Assembly (NCBI GenBank): GCA_037131675.1
Contig: JBAXQO010000001.1
Coordinates: 25,795-89,794, forward strand
Reading direction: 5' to 3'
Length of the DNA stretch: 64,000 nt
Source of the DNA: a bacterium
GTDB taxonomy: Bacteria > Patescibacteriota > Minisyncoccia > Phycocordibacterales > CAIZIN01
The first letter of the stretch is position 1, and every line of letters begins with the position of its first letter. The position numbers were made by a program, and so were the translations under genes. The notes under the pieces are model-generated. The model saw nothing but the letters and a program-made list of their open reading frames with translations, was not told the origin of the DNA and made no database searches. Positions 9,044 to 18,464 of this stretch are shown in pieces.

Positions 9044-9646
9044 ATGAAAATTGAAGTAATGAATCCATTCCAGCAGCACAACATTGTTGGAAAAGTAGTT
9101 TCTGCATACCAAAAAGTTTTTGGTGGCGAACCGTGGAAAGAGGGTTACAAATGTCCTATCTGTGGAACTGAAGTGCCACTTAATTTTGAGAATGAAGTTT
9201 GTCCAGCTTGTGCGGGTGATGGAAAATCTATCTTACTCATAGAAAGTTGGCCAGCAAGTAAGGTTACTTCAGATTTCTATAAAGAAATGAGCAAACCTGA
9301 AGCTTTGTGTATGGTAGCAGAGAAAGAAAATGAGGTTGTTGGTTTTGCGTGGGGGTATAAAATATGTATTACCTCTGAAACCGATACTTATCTTGACGCA
9401 CCTAATGTTCACAAACTAGTTGCGGGAGAAGTATTCTATCTCGATGAGGTTGCTGTTTTGCCAGAATATCAAGGAATGGGTATTGGCAAAAGTATCGTCA
9501 AAGAAATATTTTCCGCCCAGAAACATAAAACTATCTTACTTAGAACTTTAGCAGATTCGCCAATGTTTTACCTCACGAAAAAAATGGGAGGGAAAGTTAT
9601 CCTCAATATTTCAAGGGGTCGAGTTATTATGTTACTAAATCTTTAA
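9044..9646 (+). CDS. GNAT acetyltransferase with zinc-ribbon insertion
   Basis: CPIC...CPAC; YLDEVAVLPEYQGMGIGK motif A. Confidence 0.85.
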   Translation: MKIEVMNPFQQHNIVGKVVSAYQKVFGGEPWKEGYKCPICGTEVPLNFENEVCPACAGDGKSILLIESWPASKVTSDFYKEMSKPEALCMVAEKENEVVGFAWGYKICITSETDTYLDAPNVHKLVAGEVFYLDEVAVLPEYQGMGIGKSIVKEIFSAQKHKTILLRTLADSPMFYLTKKMGGKVILNISRGRVIMLLNL

Positions 9647-9670
9647 AAGTAAGGCCTGGTGTTTTTAACA

Positions 9671-10489
9671 CTAGGCTTTTTTCTTTTCTCCAAGTAAAAA
9701 GGCTTCTTCCCCACCAGTTTCAACATTTCTAGCAAAGAGAATTATACTGTCTTTCTGTGCTCTGACTTCTTCTTTCCCATCTGTTCCAATAACTTGTCCT
9801 AAGTTTATTTCTTCAAAATCACTGAATTCTTTTGTGAGTTTAAAATTATTTTTTGTAATATAAATTGAATACATTTGAATATAATTTTGTGTATATATTT
9901 GTCTTTCTCCAGATACGTGCTCCCTAGCGCGGAGAAATGTATAGATACTTTCTTCGGCTATTTCCGTTGATTTTTGATCTCCAAGATACCCACATTCAAC
10001 ACAAATTCCAATTTTACCAATGCTGTTCATGTAGTAATCTGTCCCACCAGGTTCCACCTGATCAAAGCCAGATACAATAAGCGAAAACGGTAAATATTTC
10101 ACAATTTCTTTTGAATTTGGTTCACAAATGATAAATCTCTGACTTGCAGGAGTATAGCTTGCATGAATATCAAGAAGAACGTCGGCTTGATCAAGATACT
10201 TTTTTAGAAATTGAGCGCGAGAATATTCGTAACTTTCCTTTTCTTTTTCAGACAATAACTCATCTGACTTAAACATTCGGTTTAGATTTGCTTCAGTATA
10301 ACGAACATTTTGGTCTATGGATTGTGGGTTTCCATAAGCAAAAAACGCTTTACCTTTTTGTATTTCAAGTTTAGACAGTATTTTATTTAAGGCTTCAACC
10401 CCACACTTTTCATTACCATGGACACCCACCAAAATCATACTTGTTGGCCCAGGTTCTCTACCCACTAATTCAATAACATTTTCGTACAT
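9671..10489 (-). CDS. Succinylglutamate desuccinylase / aspartoacylase (M14-like)
   Basis: GVHGNE, NLNRMF, LLDIHA, VECG motifs. Confidence 0.88.
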   Translation of the reverse strand: MYENVIELVGREPGPTSMILVGVHGNEKCGVEALNKILSKLEIQKGKAFFAYGNPQSIDQNVRYTEANLNRMFKSDELLSEKEKESYEYSRAQFLKKYLDQADVLLDIHASYTPASQRFIICEPNSKEIVKYLPFSLIVSGFDQVEPGGTDYYMNSIGKIGICVECGYLGDQKSTEIAEESIYTFLRAREHVSGERQIYTQNYIQMYSIYITKNNFKLTKEFSDFEEINLGQVIGTDGKEEVRAQKDSIILFARNVETGGEEAFLLGEKKKA

Positions 10490-10527
10490 ATAAACATACT
10501 AACACTTTGCTTTAGTTAAGTAAAGTA

Positions 10528-11007
10528 TTAGGATATTTTATTAAGTATATGATCGGCAGTTTCTTCTGGAGCTTGATCTGAATTATCTATTATCTCCCCG
10601 AAAGAAGGGTTGGGTATTCCGATATTATAATGATGTTGAATTCTTTCTTTTTCCCAATCATCCAACTCTCGAGTACCCCTGTTTGTAAGAGCTTTTTCAA
10701 GTTTTGGTGCAAGGGTAAAAATGTAAATTTTAGTATCAACATCTTTTAAGCTACCCATCATATAATCATAATTTTTCTGAGATAAAGGATACGGGACTAT
10801 TACATTTAATTTCCTGCTAGAAAAGTTCTTAACCACAGAAAGCGCATTCTCAAGATTTATTGGTACAGATTGGTCTATAGGCATCCAATCAATCATCGCT
10901 CGGAGAACATCAATTTCCACCAAAGCAGTATTGGCAATCCTTTTTGCTAAAATATTGGCTACTGTGCTTTTTCCTGAATTTATTGAACCATTTAGAAAAA
11001 TAATCAT
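10528..11007 (-). CDS. P-loop (AAA / nucleotide kinase-like) small protein
   Basis: GSINSGKST Walker A motif at the N-terminus. Confidence 0.7.
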   Translation of the reverse strand: MIIFLNGSINSGKSTVANILAKRIANTALVEIDVLRAMIDWMPIDQSVPINLENALSVVKNFSSRKLNVIVPYPLSQKNYDYMMGSLKDVDTKIYIFTLAPKLEKALTNRGTRELDDWEKERIQHHYNIGIPNPSFGEIIDNSDQAPEETADHILNKIS

Positions 11008-11010
11008 AAA

Positions 11011-11991
11011 TTAATGTTTACTTATCACAATACTTTTCTTTTTAGTATCCACTCTTACCTCTCCGCCAATAGGGAAAGTGATTATGGGACTCGTATGGCC
11101 GAAATCTACATTTGCAATCACAGGAATGTTTTTTAGTTCTGCTTTGCTTTTTATAATCTTAATCAATTTTTCTTTTGTTACATTACTCGTTTTTTGGAAT
11201 CTACCAATTACAATTCCTTTTACACCTTCAAAAGACGGTTGGTGAATGAGTGATTGTAAATCTCTATCAAAATGAACAGCTTTTGATTCATCATCATCCT
11301 CCAAAAACAAAACTGAATCTTTCAGATTTGGCATATATTCAGTTCCTTGGATAAGGTTAAACGTACCCAAGTTGGCACCGAGCAATGTACCCGAAGCTTT
11401 CCCTTTATTTATTACAAGCCAACCGTCATTTTTGATCACCTCTCTTTTATCCTGGTCTTTATACCACACATCATCTGTCCATGTTTCAGAAGGTTCGATA
11501 GCAAATTCAGCATCAGACATGAGGCACTTTTTGAAATATTCCAGCGTGTAATCAAAGTATAATTTCTGTCCAAAAGTAGACCATGCTGGTCCAGAATATG
11601 TAACCAAGCCAGTCTTTGCAAAAATTGCATTTTGTAGAGCTGTCGTATCAGAATATCCAATAAATACTTTGGGGTTCTTTTTTATAATATCCCAATCAAT
11701 ATATCTCAAAAGTTGATTACAGTTGAATCCACCAATGACAGCAAATACAGCTTTGACTTTTGGGTCTTGAAAAGCTTTGTGTAAATCACTTACTCTTGAT
11801 TTTATTGACGAAGAATTAAACTCGTCTATTTCTTCGACGTTTTTACCGAAAGATATTTTAAATCCAAGATCTGAAAGTCTTTTATTTGCAATATCTCTTA
11901 TGTCTTGTGAGATGATAGCAGCCGAGCTAGATGGGGCTATGATTCGTATTTCATCCCCTGTTTGTAATTTTTTTGGAAATATTTTTTTCAT
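11011..11991 (-). CDS. S66 peptidase (LD-carboxypeptidase / MccF-like)
   Basis: IIAPSS, IGGFN, GYSDTT, FLEDDDE, DFGHTSP; start taken at MKKIFPKK. Confidence 0.92.
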   Translation of the reverse strand: MKKIFPKKLQTGDEIRIIAPSSSAAIISQDIRDIANKRLSDLGFKISFGKNVEEIDEFNSSSIKSRVSDLHKAFQDPKVKAVFAVIGGFNCNQLLRYIDWDIIKKNPKVFIGYSDTTALQNAIFAKTGLVTYSGPAWSTFGQKLYFDYTLEYFKKCLMSDAEFAIEPSETWTDDVWYKDQDKREVIKNDGWLVINKGKASGTLLGANLGTFNLIQGTEYMPNLKDSVLFLEDDDESKAVHFDRDLQSLIHQPSFEGVKGIVIGRFQKTSNVTKEKLIKIIKSKAELKNIPVIANVDFGHTSPIITFPIGGEVRVDTKKKSIVISKH

Positions 11992-12038
11992 TACTTTAAT
12001 ATTACCGAAAACACTATTTTTGTCTATTTGTGTCAAAT

Positions 12039-12740
12039 TTATACACCCCCAACCCTATTCATCTTCACATATTCAATTACCTCCTCCAAAGCTATATCAA
12101 AATCATGATTTTTCTCCCATGATTCTTTTATAACTTCTCGTAGTTTTACATGCTGTAGGTATCCGTTATCTGGTTGAAAACTTAAGTCACCAAATTCAAG
12201 ATTGAGTAATACAGTGAAAGATTCTTTAACATCCCACATTTCGTTTTTTGTGAGCCCCTCTTCTTCACAGATACGGTCGTAATATTTATGAAACATAAAA
12301 TGCATAAGCTCGTGCATTGCAACATCCATACAAGCATACTTATTCCTGAACATATCTGTAGCAAACCATTTTTCTTGTGTGTTATATCCAAATCTCCCAG
12401 CTGAAGACAAGACTCCCTTAATTGACTGTTCCGAAAATGGAAACTTATGAACTTTTTCTAGTCTTTCTATAAATTCTTCCTCAATCTTCATCCATTCATT
12501 ATTTATATCTTCTGCTAGTGATAGGAGCTTTTCTTCCTGTGAGTAGTATCTTTCTATCCTTTTCTCTATTTCAGCCTGAACCTCTATTTCTGAAAGCTCT
12601 GAAAATTTTTCAAGATTTTCATTTTTGTATTGGCTAAAACCTTGAGCCTTGATTCGTTTATAGGAATTAATGCCAATGTAATAGTTTGCAATATCTATAT
12701 CTTTATCCACAACAAACTGAACAATTTGAGTCTGTTTCAT
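12039..12740 (-). CDS. Hypothetical zincin-like protein
   Basis: HELMHFMFH (HExxH) and a downstream KES motif. Confidence 0.55.
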   Translation of the reverse strand: MKQTQIVQFVVDKDIDIANYYIGINSYKRIKAQGFSQYKNENLEKFSELSEIEVQAEIEKRIERYYSQEEKLLSLAEDINNEWMKIEEEFIERLEKVHKFPFSEQSIKGVLSSAGRFGYNTQEKWFATDMFRNKYACMDVAMHELMHFMFHKYYDRICEEEGLTKNEMWDVKESFTVLLNLEFGDLSFQPDNGYLQHVKLREVIKESWEKNHDFDIALEEVIEYVKMNRVGGV

Positions 12741-12823
12741 TGGTTAACATCTTACCACAAATAGTTTCTAGACTCACATATATAGGTTGATTTTATCCAA
12801 ACCTACTGTATTATGAACATATT

Positions 12824-13747
12824 ATGGTAAAAGTTTTTGGACATATATCACCGGACACGGATTCGGTAGGTTGTGCAATTTTATGGTCTTGGTATTTAAA
12901 CACTCACGCTTCACATGATGCAACGCCTTTTGTGCTTGGTAAATTAAACAAAGAGACATCTTTTATGCTAGAGAGATGGGGTGTTTCTGAGCCAAGTTTA
13001 CTCGAGACTATTGCTAAAGGTGAAAAAGTTGTCATTGTGGACACTAACAATCCGCAAGAACTACTCGAGAGTGTTGCAGATGCGGATATTATCCAAATCA
13101 TTGACCACCACAAACTTGTGGGAGGACTTTCTACAAATGTTCCGTTGGAAATGACCATCCGACCTTTAGCTTCTACAGCAACTGTTATGCACGACCTATT
13201 GGGAGAACACGCGGAGACCATGCCTAAAAACATGGCGGGAATTATGTTGTCTTGTATTCTTTCAGACACTTTAGGTTTTAGATCCCCCACTACCACACCT
13301 CACGATAAGGACGTAGCAGAAAAACTAGCTTCAAAACTTAAGATTGATATTCAAAAATATGCAGATGAAATGTTTACTGCAAAATCTGATGTTTCAGACT
13401 TTACAGATGCTGGACTTATACACCTCGACAGCAAGAAGTTTGATGTTGGAAATAGAAACATTCGTGTTTCTGTAGTAGAGACCACTAATCCAAAATCTAT
13501 TCTCGACAGAAAAGACTCTTTGATTGAAGCTATCAAAAATGATATCGCTCAAGATGGTGCGGATGATATTCTTTTCTTTGTTGTAGATATTTTGAAAGAA
13601 GAGTCTACAGTATTTACATACAATAATTTTACAAAAGGAATTATTGAAGCTTCGTTTGAAGTAACAGTGGATTCAGATACAAAAGTTTTACCAGGAATTG
13701 TATCTCGCAAGAAACAGATTATCCCAGCCCTTCAGTTGCCTGCTTAA
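12824..13747 (+). CDS. ppaC: Manganese-dependent (family II) inorganic pyrophosphatase
   Basis: GHISPDTDS, IDHH, ILSDTL, SRKKQIIP. Confidence 0.95.
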   Translation: MVKVFGHISPDTDSVGCAILWSWYLNTHASHDATPFVLGKLNKETSFMLERWGVSEPSLLETIAKGEKVVIVDTNNPQELLESVADADIIQIIDHHKLVGGLSTNVPLEMTIRPLASTATVMHDLLGEHAETMPKNMAGIMLSCILSDTLGFRSPTTTPHDKDVAEKLASKLKIDIQKYADEMFTAKSDVSDFTDAGLIHLDSKKFDVGNRNIRVSVVETTNPKSILDRKDSLIEAIKNDIAQDGADDILFFVVDILKEESTVFTYNNFTKGIIEASFEVTVDSDTKVLPGIVSRKKQIIPALQLPA

Positions 13748-13753
13748 GTTGTT

Positions 13754-13803
13754 TTATAAAAGAAAAGCCGCGACCCCTAGGGGTCGCGGCTTTTCTTTTA
13801 TAA
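13754..13803. terminator. Perfect 50-nt palindrome, likely bidirectional terminator between ppaC and dnaJ
   Basis: TTATAAAAGAAAAGCCGCGACCCCT|AGGGGTCGCGGCTTTTCTTTTATAA. Confidence 0.85.
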
Positions 13804-14883
13804 TTATATTCCCTCTTTTTTAAGATCTTCGATAAGCTGTGCAGCCTGTCTTGATATTTTCTTTGGAAGCTGAATTTCGATGTGGACCAGAAAGTCCCCT
13901 CTGCGTCTTGAATCGACCGGAACACCCTTTTCTTTAATCCTTAATATCTCACCAAAATGGACTCCCGCTGGAATTTTTATCTTAATTGGTCCGTCCAATG
14001 TTTCAAGTGTTTGCTCTGTTCCAAGAAGCGCGTCTGAGAGCTTCACTGCAAGCTTTGTTACAAGGTTACTACCTTCTTTATGAATCATTGCATGAGGCTT
14101 CACATGGACACGAATATAAAGATCTCCGGCAGTTCCTCTAGCAGTTTCCTCTCCAGCTCCAGAAAGTCGCACCATCTCACCATTTTCTATACCTGTAGGA
14201 ATTTTAACTTTCAGATTGTGCTCTTTGCGGCGAACTCCTTGACCGTGACAAACTTTACATTTTTCTTTTGGAATTTTTCCAGAACCGTGACACTGGTCAC
14301 AAGTTCGTTGAGTTGAAAATGATCCAAATATAGAAGATTTAGTTTCTCGGACTGTTCCGCTACCGTGACATTTTGAACATGTGATTATTTCAGTTTTTGG
14401 TTCACCTCCTGTTCCTTTACAGTTTTCACACTGAGACATTTTATTAAGATGAATCTCACGCTCTACACCAAAAATTGATTCTTTGAATGTCAGTTCAATA
14501 TCAATGGAAATATCTTGGCCTCTAGGTGCTCGCTCTTGTCTCCCTCCTCTGCCACCTCCAAAAAATTCTCCAAAAATATCACCTAGATCAAATTCCATAC
14601 CGCCACCTTGATTGAATTGCGAAAAATCAAATCCACCAAAACCAGATGTATCGAAACCACCACCATTTCCACCAGGTGTAGCACTTCCATACATGTCATA
14701 TTGAGAACGCTTCTTTTCATCAGAAAGTATACTATACGCTTCACTTGCTTCTTTGAATTTTTTTTCATCACCACCTGTTTTGTCTGGGTGATATTGGTGC
14801 GCAAGTTTACGAAACGCTTTTTTAATATCATCTTGTGAAGCGTTTTTCTCAACACCTAAAATTTTGTAATAATCTTTTGCCAT
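13804..14883 (-). CDS. dnaJ: Chaperone DnaJ
   Basis: J-domain HPD, G/F-rich linker, four CxxCxGxG repeats. Confidence 0.98.
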   Translation of the reverse strand: MAKDYYKILGVEKNASQDDIKKAFRKLAHQYHPDKTGGDEKKFKEASEAYSILSDEKKRSQYDMYGSATPGGNGGGFDTSGFGGFDFSQFNQGGGMEFDLGDIFGEFFGGGRGGRQERAPRGQDISIDIELTFKESIFGVEREIHLNKMSQCENCKGTGGEPKTEIITCSKCHGSGTVRETKSSIFGSFSTQRTCDQCHGSGKIPKEKCKVCHGQGVRRKEHNLKVKIPTGIENGEMVRLSGAGEETARGTAGDLYIRVHVKPHAMIHKEGSNLVTKLAVKLSDALLGTEQTLETLDGPIKIKIPAGVHFGEILRIKEKGVPVDSRRRGDFLVHIEIQLPKKISRQAAQLIEDLKKEGI

Positions 14884-14953
14884 AATTTTATTTTTCTCGA
14901 TGTAATCCGAGCCTCTTGGAAAATACCAAGAAGCTCTTCATTACACTAAGAAA

Positions 14954-16870
14954 TTATTTTCCTTCAGTACCGTTATCGTCTTTCTTTTCTTCTTTAAACT
15001 CTGCGTCACGAACATTTTCATCTTTTGGAGCTTCACTCGCTGCTCCCTGCTGAGGTTGAGCTTCTTGAGCCTGCTTTGCCATGTATTCACCTATTTTTGA
15101 GATTTCTGTTGAGAGCTCTGATGTTGCTTTCTTTGTAACTTCAAGATCTGTGCCGTCTTTTACTTTCTTTAATTCATCAATTTTTTCTTGAACACCTTTC
15201 TTGATGTCTTCAGTAATTTTATCAGCATTATCTTTTACAGATTTTTCTGCAGTGTAAATAAGCTGTTCTGCAATGTTTTTTGCTTCAATTTCATCGCGCT
15301 TCTTTTTATCTTCCTCGCCATGCATTTCAGCATCCTTCTGCATTTTCTCAATATCTTCTTTTGAAAGACCTGAACTTGCTTCAATGCGGATTGACTGCTC
15401 CTTACCTGTTGATTTATCTCTTGCTTTTACATTGAGAATTCCGTTTGCATCAACATCAAAAGAAACTTCAACCTGTGGCACACCACGAGGTGCTGTTGGA
15501 ATTCCATCGAGAATAAATTGACCAAGAGATTTGTTATCCTTTGCCATGGCGCGTTCACCCTGGACAATGTGAATTTCTACAGATGTCTGATTGTCTGCCG
15601 CTGTAGAAAATACTTGTGAGCGAGAAGTTGGAATGGTTGTGTTTTTCTCAACAAGTTTTGTTGCAACACCTCCCATTGTCTCAATACCAAGTGATAATGG
15701 AATAACATCAAGAAGTAACACATCTTTCACATCGCCCGTGAAAATACCACCTTGAATTGCGGCACCAATAGCTACCACTTCGTCTGGATTCACACCCATA
15801 TGTGGCTCCTTTCCGAAGAATGCTTTTACCGCATTTTGCATTGCTGGCATTCGTGTCTGGCCTCCAACAAGAATGATTTCATTGAGATCTTCTTTTTTGA
15901 ATGGAGAAGCTTCAAGTGCACGTTTTGTAATTTCCATTGCACGGTCGATAAATTCTTGTGTAAGCTCTTCAAGCTTTGTGCGAGTTATTGTAAGAAGAAG
16001 GTGTCGAGGACCTGAAGCATCTGAAGTGATGAATGGAATATTTACTTCTGTCTGTACAGCTGTTGAAAGCTCAATCTTTGCTTTTTCGGCAGCTTCATCA
16101 AGTCGCTGAAGTGCTAGTGCATCAGTTCGTACATCAATACCTGATTCTTTTTTGAATTCATCTGCAATATAGTTGAGGATCTTCTGATCAATATCTTTAC
16201 CTCCCAAGTGCGCGTCTCCGTCTGTAGATTTTACTTCTACAACATCACCGCCCACCTCAAGAATAGAAACATCAAATGTTCCTCCACCGAAGTCGAACAC
16301 TGCGATTTTTTCATCTTTCTTTTTATCGAAGCCATACGCAAGAGCTGCGGCTGTAGGCTCATTAATGATTCGCTTCACATCAAGACCTGCAATCTTCCCT
16401 GCATCTTTTGTAGCTTGTCGCTGTGCATCGTTGAAATATGCAGGAACAGTAATCACAGCTTCTGTAATTTTTTCACCCAAACGAGCTTCCACATCTGATT
16501 TAATTTTCTGAAGAATCATTGCTGAAATTTCTTCTGGGCGATACCACTTCTCATCCATCTTTACTTCAATACCGCCATTGTCAGATTTTCGAGTTTCAAA
16601 TGGAACAGATTTTCTATCTTTCTCTACTCCAGCTTCATCGAAGTTGTGACCGATAAATCGTTTAATTTGAAAGATTGTGTTCTTTGGGTTTGTAACAGCT
16701 TGTCGTTTTGCGATAACGCCAACAAGTCTCTCACCTGTTTTTGACTGAGCAATGATAGATGGAGTTGTACGAGCGCCTTCTGCGTTCTCAAGGATTTTTG
16801 GAACACCGGCTTCCATCACCGCCACTGCTGAGTTTGTTGTACCTAAGTCGATACCAATAATTTTAGACAT
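14954..16870 (-). CDS. dnaK: Chaperone DnaK
   Basis: [25 protein letters not shown]. Confidence 0.99.
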   Translation of the reverse strand: MSKIIGIDLGTTNSAVAVMEAGVPKILENAEGARTTPSIIAQSKTGERLVGVIAKRQAVTNPKNTIFQIKRFIGHNFDEAGVEKDRKSVPFETRKSDNGGIEVKMDEKWYRPEEISAMILQKIKSDVEARLGEKITEAVITVPAYFNDAQRQATKDAGKIAGLDVKRIINEPTAAALAYGFDKKKDEKIAVFDFGGGTFDVSILEVGGDVVEVKSTDGDAHLGGKDIDQKILNYIADEFKKESGIDVRTDALALQRLDEAAEKAKIELSTAVQTEVNIPFITSDASGPRHLLLTITRTKLEELTQEFIDRAMEITKRALEASPFKKEDLNEIILVGGQTRMPAMQNAVKAFFGKEPHMGVNPDEVVAIGAAIQGGIFTGDVKDVLLLDVIPLSLGIETMGGVATKLVEKNTTIPTSRSQVFSTAADNQTSVEIHIVQGERAMAKDNKSLGQFILDGIPTAPRGVPQVEVSFDVDANGILNVKARDKSTGKEQSIRIEASSGLSKEDIEKMQKDAEMHGEEDKKKRDEIEAKNIAEQLIYTAEKSVKDNADKITEDIKKGVQEKIDELKKVKDGTDLEVTKKATSELSTEISKIGEYMAKQAQEAQPQQGAASEAPKDENVRDAEFKEEKKDDNGTEGK

Positions 16871-16984
16871 AAATTTAAATTAGTTAAAAAATAAATAATA
16901 AAATAGAAATAATGGATAGCAAAACAATTCATAAAGTTATCAATGACATAGGATCATCTACGACTTTATGAGTTTTAATATACT

Positions 16985-17287
16985 TTATACAAAAGCCGGA
17001 GCGCGAGTTGGTTGACTTACGAAAAACAAAAGTTTTGAATATGGGGATACGATTGGTTGGTAGTATGTTTTTTGCGATATGATTTCCCCTGTTTTTTCAC
17101 ATGCTCCACAAATAGCAAGCGGTGACATGTGGGAAGTTGTTTGTTCCCCAGAAAAGCGTACAGAAATAACCCGAGCTTTAAGCTTCCCATTTTCAATAGA
17201 TACAAGAAAATGAACCAAGGCGACTCTTCCGTCCGCCATCTTTATGATTTTAGGCACTATTTTGCTTTGGGTTTGTAGTGCGAGCAT
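16985..17287 (-). CDS. Small hypothetical protein upstream of dnaK, C-terminus QPTRAPAFV
   Basis: 100-aa ORF with TATAAT 8 nt before the ATG. Confidence 0.55.
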   Translation of the reverse strand: MLALQTQSKIVPKIIKMADGRVALVHFLVSIENGKLKARVISVRFSGEQTTSHMSPLAICGACEKTGEIISQKTYYQPIVSPYSKLLFFVSQPTRAPAFV

Positions 17288-17332
17288 TACCTTAATTATA
17301 CCTATTTTTAGAGTTTGTAAAGAGTATCAAAA

Positions 17333-17578
17333 TCACAACCTCTTTGTTTTCAAATCCTCATAACCTCCACCGTTTGTAACATTCGTAAAACCAAGAGATT
17401 CTAAAATATTTTTAGAGCGGGAGGCTCTCCCACCCGAAACACAATATAATAAAATTGGTGAATCTTTTGGAAAGTTCGGAAATTTACCCTCATTCATATC
17501 AGAGAGGTCGATGTTAATTGAATTATCGAGATGTCCGTTTTCGAACTCTTCTTTACTACTTATATCTATGATGTACAT
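17333..17578 (-). CDS. Single-domain rhodanese
   Basis: IIDISSKEEFENGHLDNSINI, YCVSGGRA; real start MYIID. The N-terminal extension in the ORF track runs through the insertion element. Confidence 0.85.
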   Translation of the reverse strand: MYIIDISSKEEFENGHLDNSINIDLSDMNEGKFPNFPKDSPILLYCVSGGRASRSKNILESLGFTNVTNGGGYEDLKTKRL

Positions 17579-17589
17579 TTTATTTCTTG

Positions 17590-17680
17590 AACTGTCACAA
17601 ATATTTTTCTGGAGAAAAATTTTCTGACCACACCTCGCGCCGTCGCGCTCCGGTCTTACGTTCAGGCGTCTACCTAAACT
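17590..17680 (-). mobile_element. 87-nt structured insertion in the last codons of grpE (mini-intron-like element, copy 1)
   Basis: AGTT direct repeat at 17590-93 and 17677-80; internal CCTGAAC inverse; ACCGGAGCGCG..CGCGAGGT helix; removal gives GGT GAG TTC AAG AAA TAA. Confidence 0.65.
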
Positions 17681-18263
17681 CACCCACTTTCACCCGTGGA
17701 GCTTTTATTAACTTACCATTGAGTTCGTAACCTTTTTGTACAACTTCCACAACAACATGATCTTTTGATTCATCTTCAACTGGAATATGTTCCAGTGCCT
17801 CATCTCTGTTTGGATCAAATTTCAAACCGAGAGGATTTACCTCTTTCAAACCGTTGGTCTCCAAAACATTTCTAAATTGAGAATAAATATATTCAACACC
17901 TACTCGCCAATTCTTATCTACTTTCTCCCACAATTCTTTATTTACAAAAGCCATATCAAAGCTCTGAAGTACGGGAATTAGGTCATCTACAAGCCTCTCA
18001 GAGGCGTATTTCATGATGTCTTTACGTCTAAGCTCCTCCTCTTTTTTACTATTCATGTAGTCGGCTTTTGTTCGCTGCCAGCCATCAAGATATTCTTGTT
18101 TTTCTTTTGTACAAATCTTTAATTTTTCACGAAGTTTTTTCACTGTCTCCTGAAGAGACTCTTCTGCCAAAACACTGTCGTCCAATGTTTCATCGGATTC
18201 AATCACTACATCGTCATCATTTTCTTCACTTTCAATAGGTTTTTTTGAGTTTTCGTCTGTCAT
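17670..18263 (-). CDS. grpE: Nucleotide exchange factor GrpE
   Basis: WQRTKADYMN, FDPNRDEA, VVQKGYELNGKLIKAPRVKV. Confidence 0.95.
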   Translation of the reverse strand: MTDENSKKPIESEENDDDVVIESDETLDDSVLAEESLQETVKKLREKLKICTKEKQEYLDGWQRTKADYMNSKKEEELRRKDIMKYASERLVDDLIPVLQSFDMAFVNKELWEKVDKNWRVGVEYIYSQFRNVLETNGLKEVNPLGLKFDPNRDEALEHIPVEDESKDHVVVEVVQKGYELNGKLIKAPRVKVGEFR

Positions 18264-18282
18264 AGAATGGATTATACCAAAC

Positions 18283-18311
18283 AAAAAACCGTACGCAATG
18301 TACGGTTTTTT
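18283..18311 (-). terminator. Terminator of the ribosomal protein operon
   Basis: AAAAAACCGTAC-GCAAT-GTACGGTTTTTT. Confidence 0.75.
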
Positions 18312-18318
18312 GAATATT

Positions 18319-18464
18319 TATCGTTTACGTCACAACTCTCATCTTCGCCGTCGCTCAGATTCGGTCGCGACCCCGCCTCGTACTTTTTTCTACTGAAAAA
18401 AGTATACTCCGGCCGTCAAAACGATAAAAGCCTCCCGTTTGGGAGGCTTTTAAAACTATCGTTT
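18319..18464 (-). mobile_element. 138-nt structured insertion at the rpsI 3' end (copy 2)
   Basis: TATCGTTT direct repeat (18319-26, 18457-64); inverse GTCAAAACGATA (18415-26); on the sense strand GCCGGAGTA..TACGAGGC and GTCGC..GTGAC helices. Confidence 0.7.

Noticed and set aside
13780-13788. GGGGTCGCG shared with the rpsI element
   Set aside because: Only 9 nt, within a simple terminator palindrome lacking the other helices.
16995-17005. GCCGGAGCGCG matching the grpE element core
   Set aside because: It is antisense to the Arg-Ala-Pro codons of an ORF and has no partner GAGGY strand or flanking repeats; probably chance.
16871-18300. CIRCE/HrcA heat-shock operator
   Set aside because: No TTAGCACTC-N9-GAGTGCTAA upstream of grpE or dnaK.
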